A stretch of 64,000 bases of DNA from Geosiphon pyriformis uo1 (lineage: Eukaryota > Fungi > Glomeromycota): the NCBI GenBank assembly GCA_016748015.1, contig JAAOMT010000003.1, positions 438,373 through 502,372 on the forward strand, in the 5' to 3' direction. How positions within the stretch are numbered: position 1 is the stretch's first letter; every line of letters starts with the position of its first letter. A program made the translations under genes and the position numbers. Shown here piece after piece: positions 23,717-36,800 of this stretch. A model generated the notes under the pieces. That model worked only from the letters and a program-made list of their open reading frames with translations. It did not search any database and was not told the DNA's origin.

Positions 23717-26700
23717 ATGCATATAGTACTTATTAGTAAGCCCAAAGTCTGTTATAATCCAGTTTATTCTATTATTGTAAATACTTCTGAAAAATTTAAT
23801 GAAACATTTACACATTTTAATTCGAACCAAGCTGCTTTTTAAGTGGTGCCAGCCTACAGAATTATAGGTTTTTTTCATATTTTACAAAACCAGCCAAAGC
23901 TTATAATCTTTTTTTAAAGCATCTTTAATTACTAAGCCCACTACAAAAATAAGAGACTAAATAATAGTACTTTTCAACACAAAAAAATTGTTACTATACA
24001 AAACATCACACTTGTTATATGCCAATAAAATTTTATTAAAAAGTATTTTAAAAAAAAATTTTTGAACAGTCTTAATCAAAGCAATTAGTTTAATATTAAT
24101 CAAAATTCTCTCTCATTTATAAGGCTTAAAAATCATCAATACCCAAGCTTTTTTTCAAGAACAAAGCATTAATTTACATACCAAACATAATTACTTTCAG
24201 AGTTCATTAGTAATGCTAAATAAACCAACAGCTTTTTTATCAGACAAATTCTTGATTACTCACAGCAATTTATTAAAAGTAATAGCATTTATAACATTAA
24301 AGAAAGCAGTATTATCAACATAAATTAGTGGTAAATACTAACTACTCTATTGGTTAGAAACTTTATCTATTACCAGTTTTTTTTTTGTTCAATTCTTTAT
24401 TATTGATAGCAAAACTTTTTATATACTTATTAATAGCCAATCTAATTTGTGATTTTTCAGCTTTCAGAAATTTAACAAGCTTAAAAACTTGATATAATTT
24501 CCTTACACCAAAAAAAGCAGACCTAATACAATTAAAATTAGCATCAAAGTTCAGTAAAACTCTAACTTTAGAGACTTTTTTATCATCCATTGATGTCCAA
24601 TAGTGCATCAAAGATACAAACTCATTATTGGGCCTCATATATAAAGACTTAAAAATCTTAGAAACCAGAACTTTCAATTTGTGATATTTTGATAATTTCT
24701 TAGTAAAGACATTATTAAAGTCCTTGAACCATTTTTTTTTAAACATCCTATCAGTTAATAAATACATAACTTTATAAACAATATCTTATATTGCATTCAG
24801 ATTCAAAAATTTTTTATGTGTAATAAATACATCTGAAACAATAGCTGTATTAGTCATTATAGCTTCCTCAAATCTGGCCCATTTGATATTATCAGTATTT
24901 TTAAAATTAAACTTCCAGTGGTCCCTATTTGCTTATTTATAAAGAAAGTTTAAACATATATCCAAAAGTTTACTTAAATCTACTAATACAAGCATTGCTT
25001 GGTAATTAATATTAAAATAGTTACTAATACTCAGAACATTACAATTTACCACAGCATTAATCAGATTTGAAAAAACAAACATGTAATTAATTGTTCTTTT
25101 AACACCTTTTGAATTTTCCCAAGTTGGATTGCTAGCAACCAAACTTCTTGACAGAGAGTTGACCAGACTCAAATTAAGCCACTTTTTAAAACTAGCATAT
25201 TTACAAGAACCATTTTCATTGAAATCACTATCTACAATCACAAAAGAAGATTCATTTACAGCCTTTGCAATTATTGAATTTATCTCACCAGTCTAAGCAA
25301 AGTGCATTATCAAAGCAGCACCAGCATACAATTCCAAAATTAAAACAAAGAGCTTATTTTTAAAGAGAAGCTTGATAAACAACAACTGACTAGTAATCTT
25401 AAAAATCTTGTACACATATTATGTCAATATAATATTTATTACAATAGCAATGTCAGAATCTAAGTAACTAGTGTTCAAACCAAAAGTAAACACTTAAATC
25501 TTATTGAACTTGTTAATAATCCATGGATGAATCTTCTCTTTTAGTTTTGTTTCAATAACAATAGAAACCAAATTGTTCATTTTTTTATATTAATAAATAA
25601 TATCCTCTTGTTTAGCAGAATTGTTTATATCTTTAATATTATACGTGGCAATTTTTCAAATTAGATTAATTATTGATAAAAAGAGGTATTAGGTTTCAAT
25701 CCAATTTTGTCTATTTTGGCCATCAGGCTATTTACTAAATCAGACAGATTTTTCAAAGTTACTTCCAACTTAACAATATTTGGAAGAAGTGGAAGAATCT
25801 CACAAGTCACAGTTTTGTCACTAGTGATCACATCCAAACTCTTACTCATTGTTATATTTATTTCTTAATTTTGCAATAAAGAAGTCACTAATGGCTAACA
25901 TTCAAGGCAAAGCTAAAAAACCATTGGCCTAAATGTGTTCAATCTCTTTGTTAACTTGCTAATTTGTTCTATAAAACTATTAAGACTGCATTCCAGAACT
26001 GCAAATCTTTTATTAACATTCAACATAACCAGCAGAGAAGACTTTATTGAATTATTTTGCACTAAAAAAAAGAAGAAAAAAGACTTATTAACAATTTTTA
26101 CTCAAAATACACCACCAAAAAAAACAGGACAAGTTATAAGAGCTAATTATTTAGCATAAATAGTGACCAGTCTGCTTTTATTGGCCTTTAAAAAAACTTT
26201 GCATGACAAGTTACTAGAAGAAACTTTTTCATCAACAATGCACTTTAATAATATATGACCAGATTTCTCACATATAACACATTTGGCAGAAACAAAGCAT
26301 GACCAACACAAATTGGTGTTCCTTAAAACTGACATGGTTCTCATAATAGCATTTAGTGACTTGGCAGAATTAAAACAGACAACTATACACTTAGCTTTTA
26401 TATATATAACTGGATGATAATTAATAATACACATTTCTCTATCAACTAAATCAATAAAACTCTAAATATTATAAACATTTATTTTTATAGACAATATATA
26501 GAGCAGTGTTTTATAACTGTTTTTAGTATCCTAAGATTTTTTGTCTCTATTGGCCCTTGTAATATGCACAGCATCTTTTCCAATTAGAATAGACCACTTA
26601 GCCATAATCAAATTAGCATAATCTATTTGCTTAAATTTTACAACAGTCTTTTGTCAAAGTCCTATTAATTGTATCTTAATTGACTTAATCATCCCATATT

Positions 26701-27599
26701 CAGACAATACAACATGTACAGCTTCAGCTGAAGTTTCAATTAGAATTTTTTTTATCATCACAGCCCAAATCTGAATGCCCAGCAGATTTTTTAAGATCAG
26801 TATTTACTAAGATCTTCACTAACTTTGTTATTTAAAAAGCTTGAGCCAAGCTTAATTCAGAAGTGAATATTGTTCTAATGATTTCAGCAAATTTTAAGAG
26901 GATAGAGACCTTTCTAAAACCATTGATTTTTGAAAAAAATTTTCTGACCACCACTAGTTTTTTCTGAAAAAATTTTCCACCAATTTTATTCAGCCCAATG
27001 TTCATAGCAAAAAAATTTTTAATAGATATATTAACCAAGTTTTTTAGAGGAGGAGAAAGTATTGAAGAAACATCCAACAAAATATTATTATTATTATTGC
27101 TTAAAAATTCAATTTTTTTCAATGGCTTTCTTAATGTCTTTATAGTCCATATCTGTAAACCTTTAGGTATTTGATTAAAATTTCTTCTAACAAAAGCATT
27201 ACTTTTATTATAGTTAAAGCTAGTTTTCTCAACCAGATACTTTTTTTCCATATTAATACTGTCAGATTTAGTAGTGTTACCAGTCTCAAAACTTCATAAA
27301 CTGTTACCCAATTTCTTAATAGAAATATCTTTATTACTAACACCATTTTCCAAAGCACCTTCTTTTCTTTTTTTTTAGATAAAGCAGACTTAATACCAAT
27401 ACCAAAGCTAAAATTCTTAAGAGCTTTTTTCATAACAGCATACTAGGACCAACAGTAGCCTTAAAATCAAGCAAAAACAGTTTGAATTTATTGTATTAAA
27501 TGGTAAAAAACTTCTCTCAAAAAACTTTTTTGACTCTTTTTCTGAGAATTTAAGACAAAAGAGAGAAAAAAGCTGTTAATTTTTTTTTAGCTGTTATAT

Positions 27600-30310
27600 T
27601 CTATTGAGATTATGTCTTTCTTTGTATTTATCAAAGTTATTAGCAGCAATATGGTGGCAAATAATATATTTTTGAATCTTTTTTAAATTTTTTTATTGAT
27701 ATTATTGATCTTAAACTTTTATTTATCTTTAGTAGTTTGTTTGCATACCAAGTTAATCTAAAAACTAAGGAAGTTTTTCAAGTTAATGTTCATTAAAACA
27801 ACTAAGTAATCAGTATTAAAAAACACATCTGAACAGTAAACTTGATAATTAAAATTAGATTATGTAAAAAACTTGTGTAATAAAAAATTATTAAAAAAAT
27901 TAAATAAACTTATATTCAAGAACTTTCTAAAACTTGCATTGCAACCAGAATTATTCTTATTGAAATTACCTCCTAAAACCACAAATATACTGTTATTTAA
28001 AATATTAACTACTATTGAATTAACATTACAGAACTGAGCCAGTCTTTTTTTCAAAGTGGCACCAGTATATACACTCAAAATTAAGACTAAAAAGTAATTT
28101 TTGAATAGCAGCTGTATTAACAAAAACTGGCCAGCTATTTTTGTTATCTTATGTATATGCTTAACAATATTATTATTATTAATTATTATAGCAACACTAA
28201 AATCTAGATAATTGAAATTAATACTAGAAATAAAAACTCTAATCTTGTCAAATTTGTTTATGATTTATGAACAAATCTTATTTTTTAGTTTAATCTCTGT
28301 AATAATAAACACAGAATTGTTTTTGTTTTTATCCTAGTGAATAATATCTTCTTGTTTAGCAAGATTATTTATTTTCTTAATATTATATATAGTAATTTTT
28401 TAAATTAGATTGGTTATTAAGATTAATAAGATCTTAAACCCAAAATAAAATTGTCTATTTTGGTTAAAAGGCCTAAAACCATATTTAAAAAACTTATTAT
28501 ATTGTTTTCTAACTTAAAAACTACTAAAAAATCCAAAGATTCCATTTTTGCAACAATTCTATTACTAGTGGCTATATTTAAACTCTTATTTATTACTATA
28601 TTTGCTCTTTAATTCTGTAATAAAAAAATTATTAGTGGCTGATATCCAGAGCTAAACTGAAAAATTACTGGTTTAAGTATGTTTAATTTCTTAGCCAACA
28701 CATCAAATTGTTTTATAAAACTAGTAAAACTATGCTTAAAAACAGCAAATCTATTATTCAATTCTTTTGATATAAGCAGAAAAAACTTCATCTTTAAAGA
28801 CAAGCCAAAATTTACTAAATTATTTTATACAGAAAAAAGAAAGAAAAAAAATCTACCAACAATCTTAGCTTATAAAACACTACAAAAAAAAACAGAGTAA
28901 GCAACAAGTATCAAATATTTAGTATAAATGATAGTCAATCTGCTTTTATCTGCATCTAACAAAACTCTTTAAAATAAGTTACCAGAAAAAACTTTTTCAC
29001 TTATAGTACAGCTTAATAATATATAAACTAAATTCTTATATTTCATGTATTTAACAAAGCTCAGATGAAACTAGTATAAATTGGTATTCTTTAGCATTAA
29101 TATAGTTTTTATAACAGTATTTAGTAACTCAGCTAATTCAAAACAAATAACTGTATATCTGGTCTGAGCATATATAACTGGATAATAATTAATAATACAT
29201 ATTTTCTTACCAATTGATTCAATAAAATCTCAAATATCATAAGTATTTGTTTCTATGTCTTATTACTGTCTTTTATATTTCATAATTTTTTGTTTTTATC
29301 AGTCTTAGCAACTTGTACAGTATTTTTTCTAATTAAGATAGATTATTTTACCATGGTTAAATTGTCATAATTAAATTATTTAAATTCAATAATAGCTTTT
29401 TGCCACAATCCTACTAGTTGTATCTTAATTAATTTAATTATTTTAAATTTGGAAAGCACAGTATATACAGCTTTTACAGAAATTCCTATAAAAATTTTTT
29501 AATTATTACAGTCCAATTTAAACACACTGCAGATTTTTTAAGATTAGTGTTTACTAAAATATTTTTAGTCTTTGCCAAATTCATTGCCTATACTATGCTA
29601 GATTTAGAAATAAATGTAGTTTTAATAATACCAGCAAATTTTGAAAAAGTATATGTTTTTTCAAAACCATTGATTTTCAAAAACAATTTTTTAATTATAG
29701 TAAGTTTATCTTAAGAAAATTTCTTATTAATTTTGTTTAAACCAATGTTTAAAATAAAAAACTTCTTAATAGACACATTAATCAGATTCTTTAAAAAAAG
29801 AAAAAAGACTAAAAAAGTATCTAATAAGACATTATTATTACTATTACTTAAAAAATTAATCTTTTTTAAAAATGTTCTAAAATCTTTTTAATATATATTT
29901 GCAGATCTTTCAGTATTTGATTGGAATCTTCTACATCATATATATTTTTTTTATTATAGTTTATATTGGTTTCTTCTATTAAAAACTCTTTTTTTATATT
30001 AATACTATTAAACTTAGTAGTATTATTGGTTTTAAATCCCCAAAAACAGCCAATTAATTTTTTAGTAAATATGTTTTTATTAATAATACTATTTTCTAAA
30101 ACATTATTCTTCTTTTTTTTTCTTAATAAAGTAGATTTATTATTAATATTAGAGCCAGAACTTTTAACAGACTTTTTTATGATAACAATATTAGAGCCAA
30201 TAATAGTTTTATAATTAAGCAAAAAAGATTTAAATTTATTATACTAAATAATTAAAAAAACTTTTTTTTTATTTTTTGATAAATTTTTAATATAAAAGAA
30301 AAAAAAATTG
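27600..30310 (-). mobile_element. LINE 4 fragment (ORF1 + endonuclease), extremely decayed
   Basis: Colinear with LINE 3 ORF1/APE; SVYTGA...VVLGGNFN at 27860-28123. Confidence 0.78.
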
Positions 30311-30312
30311 TT

Positions 30313-30318
<6 letters not shown>

Positions 30319-30344
<26 letters not shown>

Positions 30345-30480
30345 TTAAAAAATAATGCAAAATTATAAAAAAATATATAATTTAAAATAAATAAATAATA
30401 AATATTAATATAAAATAATACATAATAATATAAAATAATACATAATAATATAAAATAATATATAATAATATAAAATAATT
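30319..30480. repeat. (TA)n microsatellite and ~20-bp AT tandem repeat
   Basis: (AT)n at ~30319-30343; TAAAATAATACATAATAATA units at ~30411-30480. Confidence 0.8.
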
Positions 30481-31629
30481 AATAATATTAAATTTCTCTA
30501 AGTGAGCTGAGTACTCTTGGTATGAAAACTAGTACTACTATTTTTTTTGAGTACATTGATTTGAGTTTGGATGTGGGAGTGTCTAGATTGATTTTTTCTA
30601 TTATGGCAGAGTTGCAGGCCATTGCTCTGGCTCTTGAGTGTGTTTTTTCTTCTCATTCAGTTAACTTGTTTTTGGACAGTATTACTGGAGGTTTTTGGTC
30701 TCCTTTCTTGAATGTTGTTGATGCCTGTTTGCTGTAAATTCACGTTTCCAGAAAGTAGTTGGACCTCCAGTAACTGAATTTATCTTCAAATTATCTCCTA
30801 TAATTTGAACTTGCTGGGCTTATAAGTGGAATGGCCAATTCTGTGCCAGTTGCTTTATGTAGTTACATTGTAATAAATATCAACTCTTTTCCAGGAATTG
30901 CTTGTCTGGAAGCTTACTAAAAATGTGTAGTTACTTTACTGTAAAAATTAATTCTTCTACAGGAATCTTGTCTGTAGGCTATTTTAATAATTGTAATAAG
31001 AAAAGAAAAGAAAAATAAAAGAAATGTAAAAGAAATAGAATTTTATCAAGAGAAACGTTTTTCTATCCAGGCCTGGAGTCACTAACAGTTTACTGAAATT
31101 GGTAGCTAATCAATTTCAAAATGTTAGTTGGGTTTTGGTTTTTCAAATTATTTGATATTTATTTTTTTTTGTGTACATAGAAATGGTTTTAAGTGATAAA
31201 TCTAAAGTAAGATACATTTTCTCAAAGAGAGATGCTCTTCTTTTATATAACTTGTTGTAACACTATTCTATAAACTTGAACTTTGCTATTTTCTACAATT
31301 TTGCTGAACTAAAGATACATTTTGGCAAACTACAAGTTATTTCTGCGAACTATTAAATATTTCGGTGAACTATCAATTATTTTGGCAAATTTCTACAAAT
31401 TTCGGCAAACTTTTGAATATTACATAGTTCGGTATTGCATGATTGATCATCGCAATTAGGTTACATTTGTGTTGTGTACAAATTGGGTTATTAATTTAAA
31501 TGATAATTTTGGATATTTTGCTAATATAATAAGTGATAATTTGAAATGATAATATATGTTAATTAATAATAGGATTTATAAGATAATTTCATGCTAAATA
31601 ATATCTCTAATTTTGTCTGGTAATATAAC

Positions 31630-32313
31630 CTCCTCCTCAAGACTGAGCTCTGTCAAAGTCCAAGTACTGTCTGTAATTTTCAGATAGTAATCCAAAATTA
31701 TTGAAGAAATTTGGTCTGAAAATTGTTAAAATTTCAGTTCTGTGAGCTTTCCAATATATTGAATCTTCAAAGATCGTAAAATTGGGTTTTGTAGGACATT
31801 TTCAAAGGTGTGGAATAGGTCATAAAGTCTAAGAGCAGCTCTGAGCTTGTAGCAACTGTTTGTTGGTCCAGCTGTTGTCTTGAATTCATTGTGAAGTTGT
31901 TTCTGAATAGCTTTTTTTGTAAGGTTTGCTGTTGTAAGTTCCAGTTTCCATTCGTAGAGTGTTTTTCCAATGTGGAAATATCTATAGATTGGAGGATATT
32001 CAGTGTTTTTCTCATTGAGACACAGTTGAAGTCTTTGTTGAATTGTAGCATTTGGTGGAATACTAATTGGAATGAGTATTAAGTTTTCTCTTAAAACAAG
32101 CTTTAAAAGTTCTGGCAGATGAATTCCAGAATAACTTCTTGTGTTCTTCTTATATGAATAATATTTTCGTGAATTTGGGGCTAAATTTGTAACTACTTCT
32201 GTTTGGGTATAATTAATGTGGTTTCTAGTAACAGTAATGAATAATTTGGGTATTGTTTTTAAAGCTAACATTAGTTTTTGGGATAATTGTTGAATGTTTT
32301 GAGGAATAATCAT
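31630..32313 (-). pseudogene. Element C ORF3, unknown function
   Basis: ORF 31726-32313 (MIIPQNIQQLSQKL...YFHIGKTL...ALRLYDLF...IGKLTELKF); homology continues toward the PPT. Confidence 0.75.
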
Positions 32314-32451
32314 TATAAGAGATTTTGAAATAAAAGAAAATTATTTTTGGTGTATGGGTTTTTATGTTATTATTATTATTATTATTATTATTTTGTTTTG
32401 TTTTTAGTGAGATTGTTTCTAAATTATAAAGGAATAACTAGTAAAATTAAA

Positions 32452-33837
32452 TTAAGTGTTCAGGTTGGAAGGTTGTTCAATGACAACTATTGGTTTTAAG
32501 TTTCAGGAAATATCTTCGGGATTGACTAAAAGGGAATGTGTACCAATTTGTGGAATTAATGGTTCAGGATTGTTTCTGGAATGATAGTGTTTCAAACGAT
32601 CTCCATGTGCAACTTTTGCTAAGATTTTGTCATCAAGTCTTAGCTTATATGATCCGTTGCCTAAGACTTCATGGATAAAAAATAGTCTATCTCATTTATT
32701 TTCAAATTTTCCACTCCATTGTTTTTTAGCTTTAGTTCTGTGTAAGAGAACTTTGTTTCCGATTTTAAATTCATTGGTGACTGGAGGCAATTTGTTATCA
32801 TGCCATTCTTTTTGTCGAGCTTGGGAGTGTTCAATATGGGTGGCTGCTATTCGTCGTTTTTCTTTCAATGTGCTAAGCAGAGTGTAGGCTTTTCACTAAA
32901 GCGTTTCTTGGAAATTGTTTTCATTGATTGGTTGTGCTGGGTATATTTCCACTGTGAAACTAATTGGTAATATTGCTGTCCTTCTATAAGTTAAATCAAA
33001 TGGTGTGTGTTTTGTGGTATCTTGTTTTAGTGTTCTGTATGCTAGCAACACTGATAGAATAAAGATATCCTACTCTTACTCAAAATCAGTTAAGACTTTG
33101 GCTAATGACTCACACAATGTTCTGTTAAAACGTTCCACAAGTCTGTTTGTTTGTGGATGGTAGGGCAAAGACAGAGGTCTTTTGACATTGAATTGTTCGC
33201 AAATTTTTTGTATCAGGTTGTTCACAAAGTGTGTCTCCTGATTGGATAAAAATTCAATTGGACATCCGTGTCTACAAATGATGTCTTCATAGATGAAATT
33301 TGCTACTGATTTCGCATCTGCTCATTGAATGGCTCTGGCTTCGGGCCATTTAGTAAGATAGTCTACAGCTACTGCAATATAATGGTTTCCTTGAGTGGTA
33401 ATAGATAATGGTCTGACTAAATTGATACCAACTCAGTCAAAGGGTTGTCCAACTTTGATTGGATTTAATAGTTCAGTAGGGCATGTTCTTTCTCTTTTTT
33501 GACAACTATCACAAGATTCGACATATTCGTGAATGTTTTTTCTTATTTGAGGCCAAAAATAGTATTCTAGTGTTCTTTGGATGGTGCTATCTTTTCCGAA
33601 GTGTGCTGATGAAGAATCTGAATGCATGTTGTATAATATGGTCTTTTTTTTCTGTTCTTGTATTAATCTGAGTGGTTTGTTTGGGTTTTTGAAATTTCAA
33701 TGATAAATAATGTTGTTATGTAGAAAATATTGTTTGGTTTGTTGTTGTAGTCGATGTTTTTCATCTGAAAACCAATCTGTTGGGATTGTTAATGTTTCCA
33801 AATATTGTTTGAGATTGTTGTAGTTTTCTGAATTCAT
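32452..33837 (-). pseudogene. Element C integrase (separate cistron)
   Basis: Starts MNSENYNNLKQYLETL; HSDSSSAHFG...CDSCQ; PYHPQTN; C-terminal PIVVIE. Confidence 0.9.
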
Positions 33838-33888
33838 TGTTTATTGGCTCTTTTGGTTGGTTAAGTTGAGTGTTGGTTTTTGTGTTTT

Positions 33889-36800
33889 CTAATCTTGTCT
33901 TATTCTGGAAAGACAGTCAACATTGGTGTAGAGTTTTTCTGGTTTGTGATGTACTATGTATCAATAGTTTGCTAGAAATCCTGTCCATCGGGTTTGTTTT
34001 GCATTCAGCTGAGTATTTTTGTTTTGAAGCCATTTGAGTCCAATATTATCAGTAATAATATCAAATTTTTTAGGCCTGAGATAAAGATTGAAGTGGTGTA
34101 GGGCCCAAATTACGGTTGTTGTTTCTAGTTCTGTGGCAGAGTAGTTTTTCTCAGCTGGTTTTAATGTTTTGCTAGCATAAGCAATTACTTGCTCATTTCC
34201 ATTGTCATTTAGTTGTGATAAGATGGCACCAAAGACAGTATATGAAGCATCTGTAACTAGTCAAAATCAGTTGCTGAAATCCAGGTAGATGAGGATTGGA
34301 GCTGTTGTCAGTTTTTTCTTGAGAATTCCAAAAGCTTTTTGGTGTTTGGTAGTCTATTTGTATTTAACGTTTTTGGTGGTGAGCTGGTTGAGGGGTTTTG
34401 CAATTTCCAAGAATCCTTTAATAAACTTCTGATAGTAGGATGCTAATCCTATGAATCCTCTTAGTTTTGTAGTGTTTCGAGGAGTTTTGAAGTTTTTGAC
34501 AATGCTGATTTTTCCAGGGTCCAGTTTGATTCCATCTTTACTAACAATATGCCCAAGGAAGGCCAAGCTTGTTTTTCCAAAGTAGCATTTTTTGATGTTG
34601 AGTTTTAGTCCTGCTTTTTGTAATCATTGAAAAACTTCTCACAGGTGTTTTAAGTGTAATTCGAACAATGGAAAATAAACATCAGTATTGTCAAGATAAA
34701 CGACTACTGACTTCCAAAAAAGTCCTTAGTATACAACATCCATTAATCTCTAAAATGTTGCTGGTGTATTGCATAATCTGAAAAGCATTACGTTGAACTC
34801 ATAATTTCCGCCTTGGGTGGTGAATGCTGTCTTGGGGCAATCTTTGGAATTCATAGCAACTTGCCAGTAACTGCTTTCTAAATCTAGTGTTGAAAAGTAT
34901 TTGGATTTTCCAAGGGCATCTAACATGTCATCAATCCAAAGAAGGGGGTAGGCATCTCCAATTGTAACACTGTTGAGTTGTCGATAGTTAACACAAAATT
35001 GGATCTTTCCATTTTTCTTTTTAACTAGCACTACAGATAAAGCTTAAGAACTCATGGAGGGTTGGATGAGCCCATTGTTAAGCATTTGTTGTACTTCTTC
35101 TCGAATGAATTGGTGGCTTTCTGGAGCAACTCAATATGCTTGTTGTCTTCTTGGTTTGGCATTTTCTGTATAAATTTGGTGTTGGGCCAAATTGGTTCTT
35201 TCTAAGTCATTGTTGTTTTCAGCAAAAATATCGGCAAATTCTGCAATTAGCTCTTTGAACTGGGTCTGTTGTTGTGATTCAAGTTGTCCCATGTTGATTC
35301 GAAATAGTTTTTCCATGACAACATGGTAGTTTTCAGAGCTGGGGTTTGGGTTGATTTTTGGTAGTAAATGTCCAATAATTTCAGAGAAATCGGGAACTGT
35401 TTGGGGTAATTCTTGTTGAAATATATTACTGTGAATAACTCCAATTTCTAAATTATTTAATAAGATTATGGGGTAATTATTGGGGTTGTAAAAAGTAACT
35501 CAGACTTTCTTTGTTCCTTCTGAAATATAAATGTTTGGAATTGAAATATTATGTTCCAAGCAGATTTGTTTATTGGACTCAAAAATTTGTTGTGTGGTTG
35601 TTGGCTTTGGGCAGGTGTAGATTTCCAGATGTTCTCCAAAGGGTGAGATGGTAATTAGTTGTGGAAGTCTGAGAATCTGGTGGGATTCGTTCTGTGTGTT
35701 AAGAGCTATATTAACTGGAACTGTGAATCGTCCAATTGAACCAAAACCTTGGGTTCCTCTATTGCTTTTTCTTAATTGTTCTCTTTGATTGACTAGTTGC
35801 AAACCCAAAATGTTGATTAGGAGTAGGTAAATAGCTTGGGCAATTTTTTTAGCATGTTCAATCTTGAATGATTTGTCAGTTTCATTTTGAAGCATTACTG
35901 TAATGTCTTCAGTATATCCAGCATCAATTATTCCTCCTCTGACATTGATTCTTTTACTTGCCAGAGAAAACCGGGAGGTAATTTGAACCATTGCTCTTGG
36001 CAGAATTTTGAGTGCAATTTTGAGATTGATTTTTGTGAGAGATTTGGGTTTGAGAACAAGAGTATCCTTGCCTGGATATCTTAGGTCATATCCAGCATCA
36101 ATTTCATGTGCTTTTTCGGATTTTATTCCTTGTCTATTGTTGTTGAAGTATTTAAGTTGTAAGGCAGGCTGATTTTCAATAAGGTAGATGGGTGTTGTTT
36201 CAATTTTTTCCATTGCTTTAGGTTCTCCAAATTCAATTTTGTTCTCATCATTTTTGCTGGGCAAGGGGATACTAAGAGCATAGCATTTAGAACACTACTG
36301 TTCATCACAAGGCATAATGCATTCTTCACATAGCCTAATGTTTATTTGCTCTAATTGTTGAATTTAAGCTTCTTGGGTTGGATAGATGTGACTTGCAATT
36401 TGGTAGTAGACTTTTACTTTGTCTTTATAATCGAATCCAGCTAATTCCATAGTGTATTTAATGTATTCTGCTTCCTTTATTTGACAAACATCTTCTTTGG
36501 TAGCTCTATTAATTAATGCCATTGCTAGGTCAAAAATCATTTCGGCATCATGGGAGTAGTGATAAAGTTTGTTGAAAGCACTGTTATATGCCATATTAAA
36601 AGGTGTTTCTCTTTTTACTTTTTCTGAAATTAATAAAGCATATTGGCAGATCTGATTGCAGACTTCTCCTCTCATGGCTACATTAATCCAATTGCATTTT
36701 TCCGATAGCATATCTCCACAAGTCAAACAAGGGGTGTTATCCCATTTTCTGCTTCTTTTTATTAGATGGCCCTATCATTCTCTGTGGCAAGCCTTGCAGT

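Larger units (their letters stand above)
20950..27580 (-). mobile_element. LINE 3, heavily decayed, with nested LTR remnants and an RT-to-RNase H deletion
   Basis: ORF1 pieces 26147-27433, APE pieces 24933-25670, RT start ~23717-24300, RNase H/3' tail ~20950-22120. Confidence 0.82.
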
